In this document: positions 43,005 through 54,172 of the stretch, piece by piece
Position numbering within the stretch: the stretch's first letter is position 1
Layout of the letters: each line of letters opens with the position of its first letter
NCBI GenBank assembly: GCA_934177795.1
Contig: CAKPPS010000001.1
Location: 48,485 to 112,484, forward strand
DNA from: an uncultured Clostridia bacterium
Lineage (GTDB): Bacteria; Bacillota; Clostridia; TANB77; CAG-508
DNA: 64,000 nt
Direction of reading: 5' to 3'
Notes under the pieces: generated by a model
What the model was told of the DNA's origin: nothing
Database searches by the model: none
The model's input: the letters and a program-made list of their open reading frames with translations, nothing else
Translations under genes and position numbers: made by a program

Positions 43005-44018
43005 TTGAAAAAGACAGTTTATTATTTTATTGCAATTTTATTTTTATGTTTTATTTTACCAGCATTATTAACGAACACAAAAACAAAGCAATCATCAAAT
43101 GATGAAATAGTAAATACCGAAGATAATTCAATGATAAGTGCAAAAAAAGATGGATATACCTATAACAAGTATGGAGTTATAAAATTATTACATAAAAAAA
43201 CAAATGAAGTAGAAGAGGTAGAAATAGATAAATATTTGTGTAATGTAGTATCAGCAGAAATGCCAGTTGATTTTGAAAAAGAAGCATTAAAAGCTCAAGC
43301 AATAGTAGCTAGAACATATACAATATACAAAATAAATAACAAAAAACATGATAACGCAGATATATGTGATGATTCTACTTGTTGCCAAGCATGGGTAGAC
43401 AAAGAGGAACGATTTAAAAGATGGGAAAGTGATGTTGAAAATAAATGGAACAAAATAGAACAATGTGTAGATGAAACAAAAGGAAAAATTATAACATATC
43501 AGAATCAACCAATTAATGCATTTTTTCATTCTAATAGTGGAGGCAAAACAGAATTACCAACTGATGTATGGGGAGGAAATAGTTCCATTCCATATTTGCA
43601 AGTCGTAGAGACTGCAGGAGAAGAAGGATACAAACAGTATAGTTCAGAAGTAGAAATTACAAATCAAGAACTTTTAGATAAGTTGAAACAAAAATATTCA
43701 GATATCCAAATTGATTTTAGCAATGCAGAAGATATAAAAATTTTAGAATATACAAGTAGTGGAAGAGTAAAAACAATAAAATTCGGAAATCACAATCTTT
43801 CTGGAACAGAGGTTAGAAGTCTATTAAGCTTAAAGTCTACTAATTTTGAAATTGAAAAACAAGAAGAAAAAATAAAATTTATTGTAAAAGGATATGGACA
43901 TGGAGTAGGAATGAGTCAAACTGGAGCAGATAGTATGGCCAAAAGTGGTTCAACAGCAGAGGAAATAATAAAACATTTTTATACAGGAGTAGAATTAACA
44001 GATGTTAATTCAATATAA
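43005..44018 (+). CDS. spoIID: Stage II sporulation protein D
   Basis: TTG start. ...EALKAQAIVARTY...FHSNSGGKTE...GYGHGVGMSQTGA... Confidence 0.9.
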   Translation: MKKTVYYFIAILFLCFILPALLTNTKTKQSSNDEIVNTEDNSMISAKKDGYTYNKYGVIKLLHKKTNEVEEVEIDKYLCNVVSAEMPVDFEKEALKAQAIVARTYTIYKINNKKHDNADICDDSTCCQAWVDKEERFKRWESDVENKWNKIEQCVDETKGKIITYQNQPINAFFHSNSGGKTELPTDVWGGNSSIPYLQVVETAGEEGYKQYSSEVEITNQELLDKLKQKYSDIQIDFSNAEDIKILEYTSSGRVKTIKFGNHNLSGTEVRSLLSLKSTNFEIEKQEEKIKFIVKGYGHGVGMSQTGADSMAKSGSTAEEIIKHFYTGVELTDVNSI

Positions 44019-44124
44019 TTTATAACAAAATATAATTGTATATGTATAATTCTCTAAAATAAGGAAATACTTGTAATAACAAGTATTTTTATACTAAAGT
44101 TATTAAAACATAGAGGAGGATTAT

Positions 44125-44964
44125 ATGAGAAAAGATAGCAAATTAAAAAATAATACAGCATTATATATTGCTGGAGGAGTAGGGATTTTAGCGATTATAG
44201 TTATAGGATTACTAATGTATAGCCATAAGATAAAAGAAAATGTAAAAGATGAAACCATGTCATTAGAAAAGATGACAACAGTGATAGGAGAAAATAATAA
44301 TTCTACAGAAAAAAATAATACTGAAACAGAAAGTGCTAGTACAGAGCTAGGAAAAACTGTAGAAGAAAGTAAAAATGAAATAAATGAAAAAAATAATACT
44401 GTAAATAATACTACAAACACAAACAATACGAGTAATAAAGTTAATAAAAATACTAAAAGTAAAAATATTACTAATAATACCAATGTAAATTCTTCAACAT
44501 CAGCAAAATCAACTACAACTGTACCAAAGGAAGAAAAAAATGCAGAACAAAAACAAACATTAGCATTTCAAAAACCAGTTGAAGGTGATATTATGCAAGA
44601 ATATGCTCAAGAAAATTTAGTATATTCTAAAACTTTAGAAGAATGGACAACACATAATGGAATTGATATCAAAGCAGATAAAACAACAGTAGTAAAAGCA
44701 GCAGAAGCTGGAACAGTAAAATCAATAAAAAATGATCCACGATATGGGCTAACAATTGTAATAGAACATGATAGCACATATCAAACAGTATATTCTAATT
44801 TATTAACATCTGAATTTGTTGTTGAAGGAGAAAAAGTAGAAAAAGGACAATCTATAGGAACTGTTGGAAATAGTGCAGTCTTTGAAGTTGCAGATGAGCC
44901 ACATTTGCATTTTGAAATATTAAAAAATTCTATACAAGTAGACCCTAATATTTATTTAAAATAA
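44125..44964 (+). CDS. M23-family peptidoglycan metalloendopeptidase (SpoIIQ-like position)
   Basis: TM anchor, Asn-rich linker, HNGIDI...PHLHFEI LytM motifs. Confidence 0.8.
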   Translation: MRKDSKLKNNTALYIAGGVGILAIIVIGLLMYSHKIKENVKDETMSLEKMTTVIGENNNSTEKNNTETESASTELGKTVEESKNEINEKNNTVNNTTNTNNTSNKVNKNTKSKNITNNTNVNSSTSAKSTTTVPKEEKNAEQKQTLAFQKPVEGDIMQEYAQENLVYSKTLEEWTTHNGIDIKADKTTVVKAAEAGTVKSIKNDPRYGLTIVIEHDSTYQTVYSNLLTSEFVVEGEKVEKGQSIGTVGNSAVFEVADEPHLHFEILKNSIQVDPNIYLK

Positions 44965-45029
44965 TTTGACTATAAAATATATGTGTGATAAAATATTTTG
45001 GTAATATTTAAATAAGAAGAGGGAAAAAT

Positions 45030-46121
45030 ATGAAATTAGGAATAGTAGGATTACCAAATGTAGGCAAAAGTACATTATTTAATAGTATAACAAAAGCAGG
45101 AGCAGAGTGTGCAAATTATCCTTTTTGTACAATAGAACCAAATGTGGGAATTGTACCAGTTCCAGATGAAAGATTAGATGTATTAGCTAAAATGTACAAT
45201 CCACAAAAAGTAACTCATGCAGTTATAGAATTTGTAGATATTGCAGGATTAGTTAAAGGAGCAAGTAAAGGAGAAGGCCTAGGAAACAAATTTTTATCAC
45301 ATATAAGAGAAACAGATGCTATATGTGAAGTTGTCAGATGCTTTGAAAATTCAGATGTTGTTCATGTAGATGGAAATGTAAATCCAATAAGGGATATAGA
45401 AACAATTAATTTAGAACTTATATTTGCTGATATAGAAACTGTTAATAAAAGATTAGATAAAGCAAAAAAGAATTTAAAGGCTGACAAGAAATACCAAGAA
45501 GAAATTGATTTGTTACAGAAAATAAAAGACAATTTAGAAGAAGGAAAACCAGCCAGAGTTTTAGAATTTAATGAAGAAGAACAAGCATTAGTAAAAGAAA
45601 TGTTCTTATTAACAACTAAACCAATATTATATATAGCAAATGTATCAGAAGAACAATTAGCAGAAGAAAAAACAGATCCAGTAATAAAACAAGTAAGAGA
45701 CTATGCTAAAAATGAAAAAGCAGAAGTTATACCATTATGTGTAAAAGTTGAAGAAGAAATATCAGGACTAGAAGAAAATGATAAAAAAGAAATGTTAGAA
45801 ATGATGGGAATAGATGAATCAGGACTTGATAAAGTAATAAAAAAGAGTTATGATTTATTAGGCTTAATGTCTTTTCTAACAGCAGGAGAACCTGAAGTAA
45901 GAGCATGGACAATAAAAAAAGGAACTAAAGCTCCACAAGCAGCGGGAAAAATACATTCAGATATAGAAAGAGGTTTTATAAAAGCAGAGGTAGTATCATT
46001 TAAAGATTTAGTGGAACAAGGTTCAATGTTGCAAGCCAAAGAAAAAGGATTGGTTAGAGCAGAAGGAAAAGAATATGTTATGAAAGATGGAGATATAGTT
46101 TTATTTAAATTTAATGTGTAA
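45030..46121 (+). CDS. ychF: Redox-regulated ATPase YchF
   Basis: GIVGLPNVGKSTLFN..., TGS C-terminus. Confidence 0.95.
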   Translation: MKLGIVGLPNVGKSTLFNSITKAGAECANYPFCTIEPNVGIVPVPDERLDVLAKMYNPQKVTHAVIEFVDIAGLVKGASKGEGLGNKFLSHIRETDAICEVVRCFENSDVVHVDGNVNPIRDIETINLELIFADIETVNKRLDKAKKNLKADKKYQEEIDLLQKIKDNLEEGKPARVLEFNEEEQALVKEMFLLTTKPILYIANVSEEQLAEEKTDPVIKQVRDYAKNEKAEVIPLCVKVEEEISGLEENDKKEMLEMMGIDESGLDKVIKKSYDLLGLMSFLTAGEPEVRAWTIKKGTKAPQAAGKIHSDIERGFIKAEVVSFKDLVEQGSMLQAKEKGLVRAEGKEYVMKDGDIVLFKFNV

Positions 46122-46314
46122 TAAATTTGTAAAATAAAAAAATATAAAAACTATTGACTAATAAAAAAAATAAGTGTAATATAAAAATAAATTTAGAAAA
46201 GAACAAATGATAAATAGTATGTCTATACCACTTGCAATTAATTTATAAAAGTGTTATAATAATAATTGTTGAGATAAAAATAGGAATATACTATTTGAAG
46301 TAAGGAGAGGTAAT

Positions 46315-46710
46315 ATGAAAAAATCAATTATTTTAAAAAAATTTTTAGTAATTTTAATGGCTATGCTTATTGCATTAACAGTTGTTACATCAACATCATC
46401 AGTATATGCAGCAGATGATGACGATGATTTAGGTATTGAAGAATTAGATGATACAAATACTAATAATAACACAAATAATGCAAATAATAATACAAATCAA
46501 GCAAACAATAATACAAATGGTACAAACAATAATACAAATAATGTACAAAATTTAAACTCATTAAATAATACTACAAATAATAATATAAATGCGAATTTAC
46601 CAAAAACAGGAATGGGAGATTCTTTACCAACAGTATTATTAGTTGTTGTATTTGGAATTTCAGCTATATATGCATATAAAAAAGTTAGTGATTATAGAAA
46701 TATTGATTAA
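46315..46710 (+). CDS. Small LPXTG-anchored surface protein with Asn-rich repeats
   Basis: Signal peptide, (N)NNTN repeats, LPKTG plus a TM helix and a basic tail. Confidence 0.8.
   Translation: MKKSIILKKFLVILMAMLIALTVVTSTSSVYAADDDDDLGIEELDDTNTNNNTNNANNNTNQANNNTNGTNNNTNNVQNLNSLNNTTNNNINANLPKTGMGDSLPTVLLVVVFGISAIYAYKKVSDYRNID
46455..46545 (+). repeat. Imperfect tandem aataatacaaat-type coding repeats (Asn/Thr-rich)
   Basis: Repeated aat aat (a/g)ca aat units inside the LPXTG gene. Confidence 0.5.
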
Positions 46711-46726
46711 TTAAAATTGAAGATGT

Positions 46727-47428
46727 TTAAACATCTTCAATTTTTGCTTTTATTATAATTCTATTTCCAGAAAAATTATTACAAGTAACTAAAGTTAATT
46801 CTTTATTGTTAGTTTCTAAAGTATAAATAGGAGAAAAATCATTTTCTTTAACCTCATAATTCTTAAAAACAGTGTATTTAAAAGAATTATTAGAGTTATC
46901 TAAAATAAAAATTTCACTATTTATTTTTAATTTCATAATTTTACTAAAAAATTTATTATTATTATAATTATGTCCAGCAATACATAAATTATAATCATAA
47001 GAATTTTTGGCTTCTGAAGGCAATTTACCAAAAAATTTACAAGGAGAAGATTTTAATAATTCATCTGTAAGACCATTAAAAATAGGATAAGAAAGTCCAA
47101 TAGAAGGTATCTTGATAATTCCTATTACATAATTGGCTGGAAGATTTGAATTACTTTGACTATTATTTTTTTTAAAAGAAGAATTATCATTATATAATTG
47201 GGTTATATTATAATTAGAAATCAATAAATTAGAAAGATTTTCTTTTGAATTTAAAGAGATTTTATAATAAAAAAAACAAAAAGAAATTATTATAATAGCC
47301 GTAATAGAAAGAATTAATTGAATATTAAATCTTTTTTTAACATTTTTTTTATTATTGTTAGATAATTCTAAATCACTTTCTTGGTCTATTTTATTTTTGT
47401 TTAAATCAGTATTAATAATTTGATTCAT
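46727..47428 (-). CDS. Sortase
   Basis: N-terminal TM helix, ...IAGHNY..., ...LTLVTCN... catalytic Cys motif. Convergent with its likely substrate. Confidence 0.85.
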   Translation of the reverse strand: MNQIINTDLNKNKIDQESDLELSNNNKKNVKKRFNIQLILSITAIIIISFCFFYYKISLNSKENLSNLLISNYNITQLYNDNSSFKKNNSQSNSNLPANYVIGIIKIPSIGLSYPIFNGLTDELLKSSPCKFFGKLPSEAKNSYDYNLCIAGHNYNNNKFFSKIMKLKINSEIFILDNSNNSFKYTVFKNYEVKENDFSPIYTLETNNKELTLVTCNNFSGNRIIIKAKIEDV

Positions 47429-47558
47429 AATATGACTCCTATTAGATGTTATAAATTATAATATTTTGTTATATAATAGTATCTCCAAAGAAAAGAAAAA
47501 TATAAAAGAAAATATTGTAACAACAGGTTTTTAATAATATTTACAATTATTTAAAAAT

Positions 47559-48539
47559 GTGATAGAATCGTGTAGATATATAAAGGAAAGAAGGAATTAT
47601 AATTTGGAAATACGAGTTTTAGCCATTATAAACCCAACATCAGGACGAGGAAATATAACAGGATATGTAGAGCAAATAAAAAAATATTTAGAAAAACAAA
47701 ATATGACAGTAAAAGTAAAATTTACCAAAAAAGAATATAATGCTAGAAAAATCGTTATTAATAATATAGAAGAGACAGATTTAATACTAGTTTGTGGCGG
47801 TGATGGAACATTTAATGAAACAGTGTCAGCACTAATGGAATTAGAAACTAAAGATATTAGTATTGCATATATCCCAATGGGAACAACAAATGATTTAGCT
47901 CAAAGTCTAAAAATACCAATAAAAGATATATCAGTAACTAAAAACTTATTAAAATCAAAAGCCAAAGTATTAGATGTTGGCAAGTTTAACAATAAATATT
48001 TTTGTTATGTAGCAGCTTTTGGAATTATAACAGATGTAGCATACAAAACGTCACAAAAAGCCAAAAATAAATATGGTAGATTAGCATATTATTTAAGAGC
48101 AATTGGGGAATCATTTAGAATAAGAAAATATAAGACAAAAACTAAAATAAAATTCGATGATGAAGAAATAGAAGGAGAATTTATTTATGGTGGGATAAGC
48201 AACTCTGAATCAATAGCAGGATTTAAATGGTATAATCAAGAAGATATTAGTTTAGATGATGGAAAATTCGAGGCACTTTTTATAAGAAAACCAAAAAGAA
48301 TATCTGGATATTTTAGATTGTTGAGTGATTTTAAAAATAAAGACTATATGGCAAATAGAGATTTTGTTTATTTTAAAGCAAATAAAATCACAATTACAAC
48401 AGCAAAAAATGTAGATTGGACAATAGATGGTGAATATGCAGGAAACTTGAATTTTGTAAATATAGAAAATTGTAATAAAGCGATTGAGTTAGCGATTTGT
48501 GATAGTGCTAAAAAGCAAATAGATAGTAGAAAGGAATAA
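47559..48539 (+). CDS. YegS/BmrU-family lipid (diacylglycerol) kinase
   Basis: ...[11 protein letters not shown]...PMGTTNDLA... The start is possibly downstream (TTG ~47605). Confidence 0.85.
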   Translation: MIESCRYIKERRNYNLEIRVLAIINPTSGRGNITGYVEQIKKYLEKQNMTVKVKFTKKEYNARKIVINNIEETDLILVCGGDGTFNETVSALMELETKDISIAYIPMGTTNDLAQSLKIPIKDISVTKNLLKSKAKVLDVGKFNNKYFCYVAAFGIITDVAYKTSQKAKNKYGRLAYYLRAIGESFRIRKYKTKTKIKFDDEEIEGEFIYGGISNSESIAGFKWYNQEDISLDDGKFEALFIRKPKRISGYFRLLSDFKNKDYMANRDFVYFKANKITITTAKNVDWTIDGEYAGNLNFVNIENCNKAIELAICDSAKKQIDSRKE

Positions 48540-48543
48540 AAAA

Positions 48544-49653
48544 ATGAGTAAATATTATTTTACATCTGAAAGTGTTACAGAAGGACATCCAGACAAATTA
48601 TGTGACACAATTTCTGACAGCATACTAGATGAATATTTAAAAGGAGATGCTCAATCAAAAGTGGCTGTAGAAACATTTGCATCAGGTAATAAAATAGTAA
48701 TAGCAGGTCAAGTAACATCTAAAAAAGATATAGAAATAGAACAAATAGTAAGAAATAAAATAAAAGAAATCGGATATGATAATAAAGATACAGATATAGA
48801 CTATAAAACATGCGAAATAGAAGTAAACATAGAAAGACAGAGTCCAGATATTGCATTAGGAGTAGACAATGGTGGAGCAGGAGACCAAGGAATAATGTTT
48901 GGGTTTGCATGTGACGAAACTCCAGAATTTATGCCACTTGCAATATCTATGGCACATAAGTTGGCTAAGAAATTAACAGCAGTACGAAAAAATAAAGAAA
49001 TAAAATATTTAAGACCAGATGGAAAAACACAAGTGACAGTAGAATATGAAGATGATAAGCCTAAAAGAATAGAAAATATATTAATTTCTGCACAACATGA
49101 AGAAAACATTAGCCAAGAAAAATTAAAAGAAGATATTATAGAAAAAGTAATAAAAAAAGTAATTCCTTTAGATTTGATAGATTTTAATACCAAAATATAT
49201 ATAAATCCAACAGGAAGATTTGTTATTGGAGGTCCACTGGGAGACACTGGATTAACTGGAAGAAAAATAATTGTTGATACTTATGGTGGTTATAGCAGAC
49301 ATGGAGGTGGTGCCTTTTCAGGAAAAGATGCTAGTAAAGTGGATAGGTCAGCAGCATATATGTTAAGACATATTGCTAAAAATATAGTTGCAAATGGATA
49401 TGCAAAAAAATGTGAAATACAAATATCGTATGCAATAGGAATGGAAAATCCTTTATCAATAAATGTTAATACATTTGGAACAGGAAAAATATCTGAAAAT
49501 GATTTGGTAAATAAAATAGAAGACAAATTTAATTTAACACCAGCAGGAATTATTAAATACCTTGAATTAGATAAACCAATATATTCAAAAACTACTAATT
49601 ATGGACATTTTGGAAAAGAAGGACTAACATGGGAAAAATTAATAGAATTTTAA
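48544..49653 (+). CDS. metK: S-adenosylmethionine synthase
   Basis: ...[16 protein letters not shown]...GAGDQG...GGGAFSGKD... Confidence 0.97.
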   Translation: MSKYYFTSESVTEGHPDKLCDTISDSILDEYLKGDAQSKVAVETFASGNKIVIAGQVTSKKDIEIEQIVRNKIKEIGYDNKDTDIDYKTCEIEVNIERQSPDIALGVDNGGAGDQGIMFGFACDETPEFMPLAISMAHKLAKKLTAVRKNKEIKYLRPDGKTQVTVEYEDDKPKRIENILISAQHEENISQEKLKEDIIEKVIKKVIPLDLIDFNTKIYINPTGRFVIGGPLGDTGLTGRKIIVDTYGGYSRHGGGAFSGKDASKVDRSAAYMLRHIAKNIVANGYAKKCEIQISYAIGMENPLSINVNTFGTGKISENDLVNKIEDKFNLTPAGIIKYLELDKPIYSKTTNYGHFGKEGLTWEKLIEF

Positions 49654-49689
49654 AAGAAGATTATAAAAAATAATGAATGGAGAAAACAA

Positions 49690-50379
49690 ATGTTAAAGAA
49701 AATAGTAGAAAAAAATTATAAATGGATTATCATCTTCCTTTGTTTGATAATAGTGATTATGATGTTAGAAGATATATTTGAAAATGAACAACTAAAAATT
49801 GATGTATTTATATACAAATTAGTGGTTTTAAATCTTAGAAATCAACAACTAACAGCTCTGATGAAAATTGTAACCAATTTGGCTTCAGCTTATGTGTTGA
49901 TAGCAATAGCAGTAGCATCGATACTTTTTATAAAAAATAAAATTATAGGTATAAGTATAACATCTAATTTAGTTATTGTAACATTATTAAATCAACTGTT
50001 AAAGCGTATAATACAAAGACCAAGACCAGAAGGATATAGACTAATTACAGAAAATGGATATAGTTTTCCATCTGGACATTCTATGGCAAGTATGGCATTT
50101 TATGGTTTTATAATATATCTAATATGGAAATTAGTAAAAAATAAAAAAATTAAATATTTAGAGACAGGAATATTAGGAATATTTATATTTTTGATAGGAT
50201 TTAGCCGAATATATTTAGGAGTTCATTATGCAAGTGACGTGGTTGGTGGATTTGCAATATCAATAGCCTATTTAATAATGTTTACAAATATAATAAAACC
50301 AAAATTACAAAATAAGAAGGAAATAAAAATGATAAATAAAAATAAATTTGAAAATATTAAAAAAAAAATAAAAAACTAA
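49690..50379 (+). CDS. PAP2-family phosphatase (BcrC/undecaprenyl-diphosphatase-like)
   Basis: KRIIQRPRP...PSGHS...SRIYLGVHYASD, the three PAP2 motifs. Confidence 0.85.
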   Translation: MLKKIVEKNYKWIIIFLCLIIVIMMLEDIFENEQLKIDVFIYKLVVLNLRNQQLTALMKIVTNLASAYVLIAIAVASILFIKNKIIGISITSNLVIVTLLNQLLKRIIQRPRPEGYRLITENGYSFPSGHSMASMAFYGFIIYLIWKLVKNKKIKYLETGILGIFIFLIGFSRIYLGVHYASDVVGGFAISIAYLIMFTNIIKPKLQNKKEIKMINKNKFENIKKKIKN

Positions 50380-50723
50380 TAAATAGTTTTAGATACGCAT
50401 TATGTGGCATAAAGACAGCATGGAAAACAGAAGACAATTTAAAAATACATTTTTTTATTATGCTAATGGTAATCATAGCAGGAGTTATATTAAGAATAAA
50501 TACAACAGAATGGAGTATAGTTTTAATATTATTTGGACTAGTAATATCTTTAGAATTAATCAATACAGCTATAGAAAATGCAGTTGATTTAGTAACAGAA
50601 GAATATAATGAAAAGGCAAAAAATGCTAAAGATATTGCGGCAGGAGCAGTACTGTTTTCAGCAATAATTGCAGCAATTATTGGTTTTATTATATTTTTAC
50701 CAAAAATTATTAATATTATATAA
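50361..50723 (+). CDS. dgkA: DgkA-family diacylglycerol/undecaprenol kinase; no canonical start codon for the full-length frame
   Basis: The frame is open from 50361: KKNKKLINSFRYALCGIKTAWKTEDNLKIHFFIMLMV...SLELINTAIENAVD...AKDIAAGAVL. The first ATG is at 50460, inside TM1. The frame begins within an A10 run at the end of the PAP2 gene. Confidence 0.7.
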   Translation, partial: KKNKKLINSFRYALCGIKTAWKTEDNLKIHFFIMLMVIIAGVILRINTTEWSIVLILFGLVISLELINTAIENAVDLVTEEYNEKAKNAKDIAAGAVLFSAIIAAIIGFIIFLPKIINII

Positions 50724-50751
50724 TCTGAGATTTGACAGTTATAAAAGAGTA

Positions 50752-50797
50752 AAAGACTGATAACCTTTGACTTTAAAGGATTTCAGTCTTTTTTTAT
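50752..50797 (+). terminator. Rho-independent terminator
   Basis: aaagactga...tcagtcttt plus T-run. Confidence 0.7.
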
Positions 50798-51294
50798 TAT
50801 TATAGCAATAATATGTTAGGTAAAATCAACAAAAAATTGACAAAAAGTAAAAAAATTTTTGCATAAAAACACTTTTGGTTTTATATATGAAAATAGGGAT
50901 TTACAGGCTTTTTGGCTAATTTTGCATATCATTAAATATATTTTAAGAATGTTTTTAATCTACTCATTGATAATTTTCCTTTCATTTCCAAAACTCTTAT
51001 TATTTTACAAATATTATATCAAAAAGTCAACATAATTTTCAATAAGTAATGAAAAATTTTGCCTGTAACCGAAACTTAAATAAAAAAGTAAAAAAGACTT
51101 GAAAAAGTATAAAGATATAATGTATAATTTAAAAGACAACAAAAGTCAAAAGAAAATAGCAATAAAAATAGTCAAGTACATTGAAAAAAGAATATCTTGG
51201 TTTAAAGTCAGAAAAGTATTGTATTTGACTACAAAAAAATTGCAAAGAAAAAAGTAAAGAAGAAAAAAATAAAAGGAAGGGAGAAACAAAAGAA

Positions 51295-52263
51295 GTGAAA
51301 GAAAGTAAAATAAAAACAAACAAAGGTATAACATTAATAGCTTTGGTGATAACGATCATCGTGTTATTAATATTAGCAGGAGTAACAATAGCAGTATTAA
51401 ATGGAGACAATGGAATATTAACTCAAACAACTAATGCAAAAATGGAAACAAGAGGGGCGAATGTAGAAGAAGCAAAAAACTTATGGCTTATGGAAAAAAA
51501 ACTAAATTCAGCAAAAAGTTTAGATGATGTATTAGAAGAATTGAGAGAACAAGGGTTATTGACAAATGATGAAGTAATAGAAATAAAAAGAAGAGGAAAA
51601 ATAAAAATAGGAAGTAGAACAATTATATTTGAAAAAAAAGTTGAATTAGTAGCTAAAGTTATGTATGATCATTATTATAATAAATATGGGATAGCGGTAG
51701 GATTTAAAGATTATCAAGTACATTCAGATATCGGAATAACAAAAAAAGATTTTAAAAAAGAACAGATAGAAGGAGAAATAATAGATCCTGATGGTAATAA
51801 AGCATTAATATCAACAGATGATATAGAAGTTGACCAACATGGAGATGGACTTTTTAAATCATATGCCTATATATACGAAATAACTCAAAATGGTAGTTAT
51901 ACATTTGAATTTTTAGAAAATGATAAAGAAACAACGGGGAACATTACAATAACAATAGATGAGAATCATCCATGTATAGTTGAATCTTGGGGCTTAGAAT
52001 GTAAGACTATGTTAGCAGGTATAGGAAATTTTGTGAATCCTGAACAAGCAAGAGCAGAAAACGCAATATATAGAGAAGGGTATGATGGGCCAGAAAGTTT
52101 TGATCTGACACAACATTTAAAAACAACAGACTATTATCCTAAATTTAATGAGGAGGTAAAACAGCTAGATCTATCTATAGATAAAGAGCTAGATGCAGAT
52201 ATTATTTTGACTTATAATGGAAAAGAATATGTTACAAAATCAGATTTCTGGATTCCAATGTAA
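51295..52263 (+). CDS. Pseudopilin-like protein (prepilin-type N-terminal hydrophobic segment)
   Basis: GTG start. ...KGITLIALVITIIVLLILAGVTIAVLNGDNGILTQ... class-III-signal-like N-terminus with a variable C-terminal domain. Confidence 0.65.
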   Translation: MKESKIKTNKGITLIALVITIIVLLILAGVTIAVLNGDNGILTQTTNAKMETRGANVEEAKNLWLMEKKLNSAKSLDDVLEELREQGLLTNDEVIEIKRRGKIKIGSRTIIFEKKVELVAKVMYDHYYNKYGIAVGFKDYQVHSDIGITKKDFKKEQIEGEIIDPDGNKALISTDDIEVDQHGDGLFKSYAYIYEITQNGSYTFEFLENDKETTGNITITIDENHPCIVESWGLECKTMLAGIGNFVNPEQARAENAIYREGYDGPESFDLTQHLKTTDYYPKFNEEVKQLDLSIDKELDADIILTYNGKEYVTKSDFWIPM

Positions 52264-52285
52264 AAAATTGAATTTATAAGTAAAA

Positions 52286-52325
52286 AAATCACTGTTCAGC
52301 TATTGACAAGACAGTGATTTTTTTG
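52286..52325 (+). terminator. Rho-independent terminator
   Basis: aaatcactgt...acagtgattt plus T-run. Confidence 0.75.
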
Positions 52326-52471
52326 ATATAATATATGTACTAAATTGCTCGTTCCTCGCAATGGTATAAATGAATAAAAGTGGAAAAAAATTGAAAATAT
52401 GGTAAACCTCGTGTATAATATAATTATGTAACTTGATAGTTGCAAATATATTAAACAGGAGGTTTTTTGAA

Positions 52472-53054
52472 ATGACAAATGAACAAATAATAAGCAAAAT
52501 GAAAGATGTGCTAACAAAAGAAGAGTTAAGCACTTTTTTTAATGCTTGTGAAAATTACATGTATAAAACGATATTTATGATGATATATGGAAGTGGATTA
52601 AGAGTATCAGAGGCAGTAAATTTAAGAATAGAAGATATAGATAGTAGAAAAATGAGAATATTTGTAAGAGCAGGAAAAGGAGGAAAAGATAGATATACAG
52701 TATTACCAAAAACAAGTTTAGAAATGTTAAGAAAATATTACAAAATGTACAAACCAAAACATCCAGAAGGATATATATTTTTAAATAGAGAAGGAAATAG
52801 ATTAAAAATAGAAAGAACAAGAGTATTTTTTAGAAGGTATAGAAAGAAAGCAAAAATAGATAACAAATTTGTAATTCATAGTTTAAGGCATCGGATTTGC
52901 AACAGATTTGATAGAAAGAGGAGCAAGTATATTAGAAGTAAAAGAATTAATGGGACATAGTAATATACGTAGTACAATGGAATATATACATGTAGCAAAA
53001 ATGGAATTATCAGTAGAAAATCCATTAGACGAATTTATGAAAGGAAAGAAATAA
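52472..53054 (+). CDS. Tyrosine recombinase (catalytic domain only, ~193 aa), readable only with a +1 shift at in-frame CGG (C at 52892)
   Basis: ...GSGLRVSEAVNLRIEDID...GKGGKDRYTVL...VIHSLRH-CGG. The +1 frame gives GFATDLIERGASILEVKELMGHSNIRSTMEYIHV (the H-x-x-R ... H ... Y motifs complete only after the shift). ATG-52472 lies after AGGAGG. Confidence 0.75.
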
Positions 53055-53057
53055 GAA

Positions 53058-54172
53058 ATGACAAACATACAAAAAATATTAGAAATAGGATTAGAAGAAT
53101 ATTTAGAAAGAAATAAAACAATAGGATATAAACAAAAGGTAATAAAAGCAATAAGAAATTGTAAAAGTGACAAATTAGGAGCCCATAAGTATGTATGTGA
53201 TGAGTGTGGATATGAAGAAATAGCATATAATTCATGTAGAAATAGACATTGTCCAAATTGTCAAACAGGAAAAAAGTTAAAATGGATAGAAGCAAGAAAA
53301 GAAGAAGTGTTAGATATAAAATATTATCATGCAGTATTTACAATACCAAGCGAAATATATAAAATAGCAATACAAAATCAAAGTGAGATATATAAAATAA
53401 TGTTTAAGGCATCAGCAGAAACATTACAAGAACTAGCAAAAGATAAAAAATATTTAGGAGGAGAAATAGGATTTTTTAGTATATTACATACATGGGGACA
53501 AAATTTAATGTATCATCCACATATACATTGTGTAGTAACAGGAGGGGGGCTAACAGAATTAGGAAAATGGGTAGAAAAAGAAGAAGATTTTTTCATACCT
53601 GTAAAAGTAATGTCTAGGAAATTTAGAGGAAAGTTTTTAAGCTATCTAAAAGAAAGCAAAATTGATTTTTACGGAGAAAATAAAGAGTTAGAAATCCAGC
53701 AATATATAATGAGCTAATAAATAAAATGTATAATAAAGAATGGATAGTATATTGCAAAGAGCCATTTCAAAATGCAAATAGTGTAATCCAATATTTAGGG
53801 AGATATACACATAGAGTAGCAATTTCAAATGAAAGAATAGTAAAAGTAGAAGAAGAAAAAGTAACTTTTAAATGGAAAGATTACAAAGATAAAAACAAGA
53901 TGAAAGAAATGACAGTAGCAGTAGAAGAATTTATTAGAAGATTTTTGATACATATATTACCGCCCAAATTTATGAAGATAAGATATTATGGAATATTAGG
54001 AAACAGAAATAAAAAGAAAAAATTATTAAAATGTAAAATCTTAACAAGAACAAAAATATACAAGAAAAAAGAGCTTCCCGCTCTCGAACTACTAAAGAAA
54101 GTGCTAGGAAAGGACTTTAACTTATGTCCACACTGTAAAAAAGGTCATATGTTAATTCCAAATACTAGCTAA
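53058..54172 (+). pseudogene. IS91-family transposase with a -1 frame break near 53691-53696 (A-run one base short)
   Basis: Zn-binding N-terminus CDECGYEEIAYNSCRNRHCPNCQ. ...HTWGQNLMYHPHIHCVV... C-terminal KEWIVYCKEPF...YLGRYTHRVAISNERI lies in frame -1. gag tta gaa atc -> expected gaN aat cca gca. Confidence 0.75.

Noticed and set aside
48540-48544. SAM (S-box) riboswitch upstream of metK
   Set aside because: metK starts 4 nt after the lipid-kinase stop, so there is no leader to hold a riboswitch.
50402-50587. 61-aa ORF MWHKDSMENRR...
   Set aside because: It is an out-of-frame overlap of the DgkA-homologous frame. The DgkA frame carries the conserved motifs.
50798-51294. ~500-bp ORF-free AT-rich region as a possible ncRNA or retron
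   Set aside because: It contains only a plausible promoter (TTGAAA-17-TATAAT near 51100-51130) and a long leader for the pilin-like gene. There is no conserved structure, reverse transcriptase or repeat architecture.
53684-53726. Programmed -1 frameshift in the IS91-like transposase
   Set aside because: There is no slippery heptamer at the junction (gag tta gaa atc cag). A one-base contraction of an A-run is the simpler explanation: mutation or homopolymer miscall.
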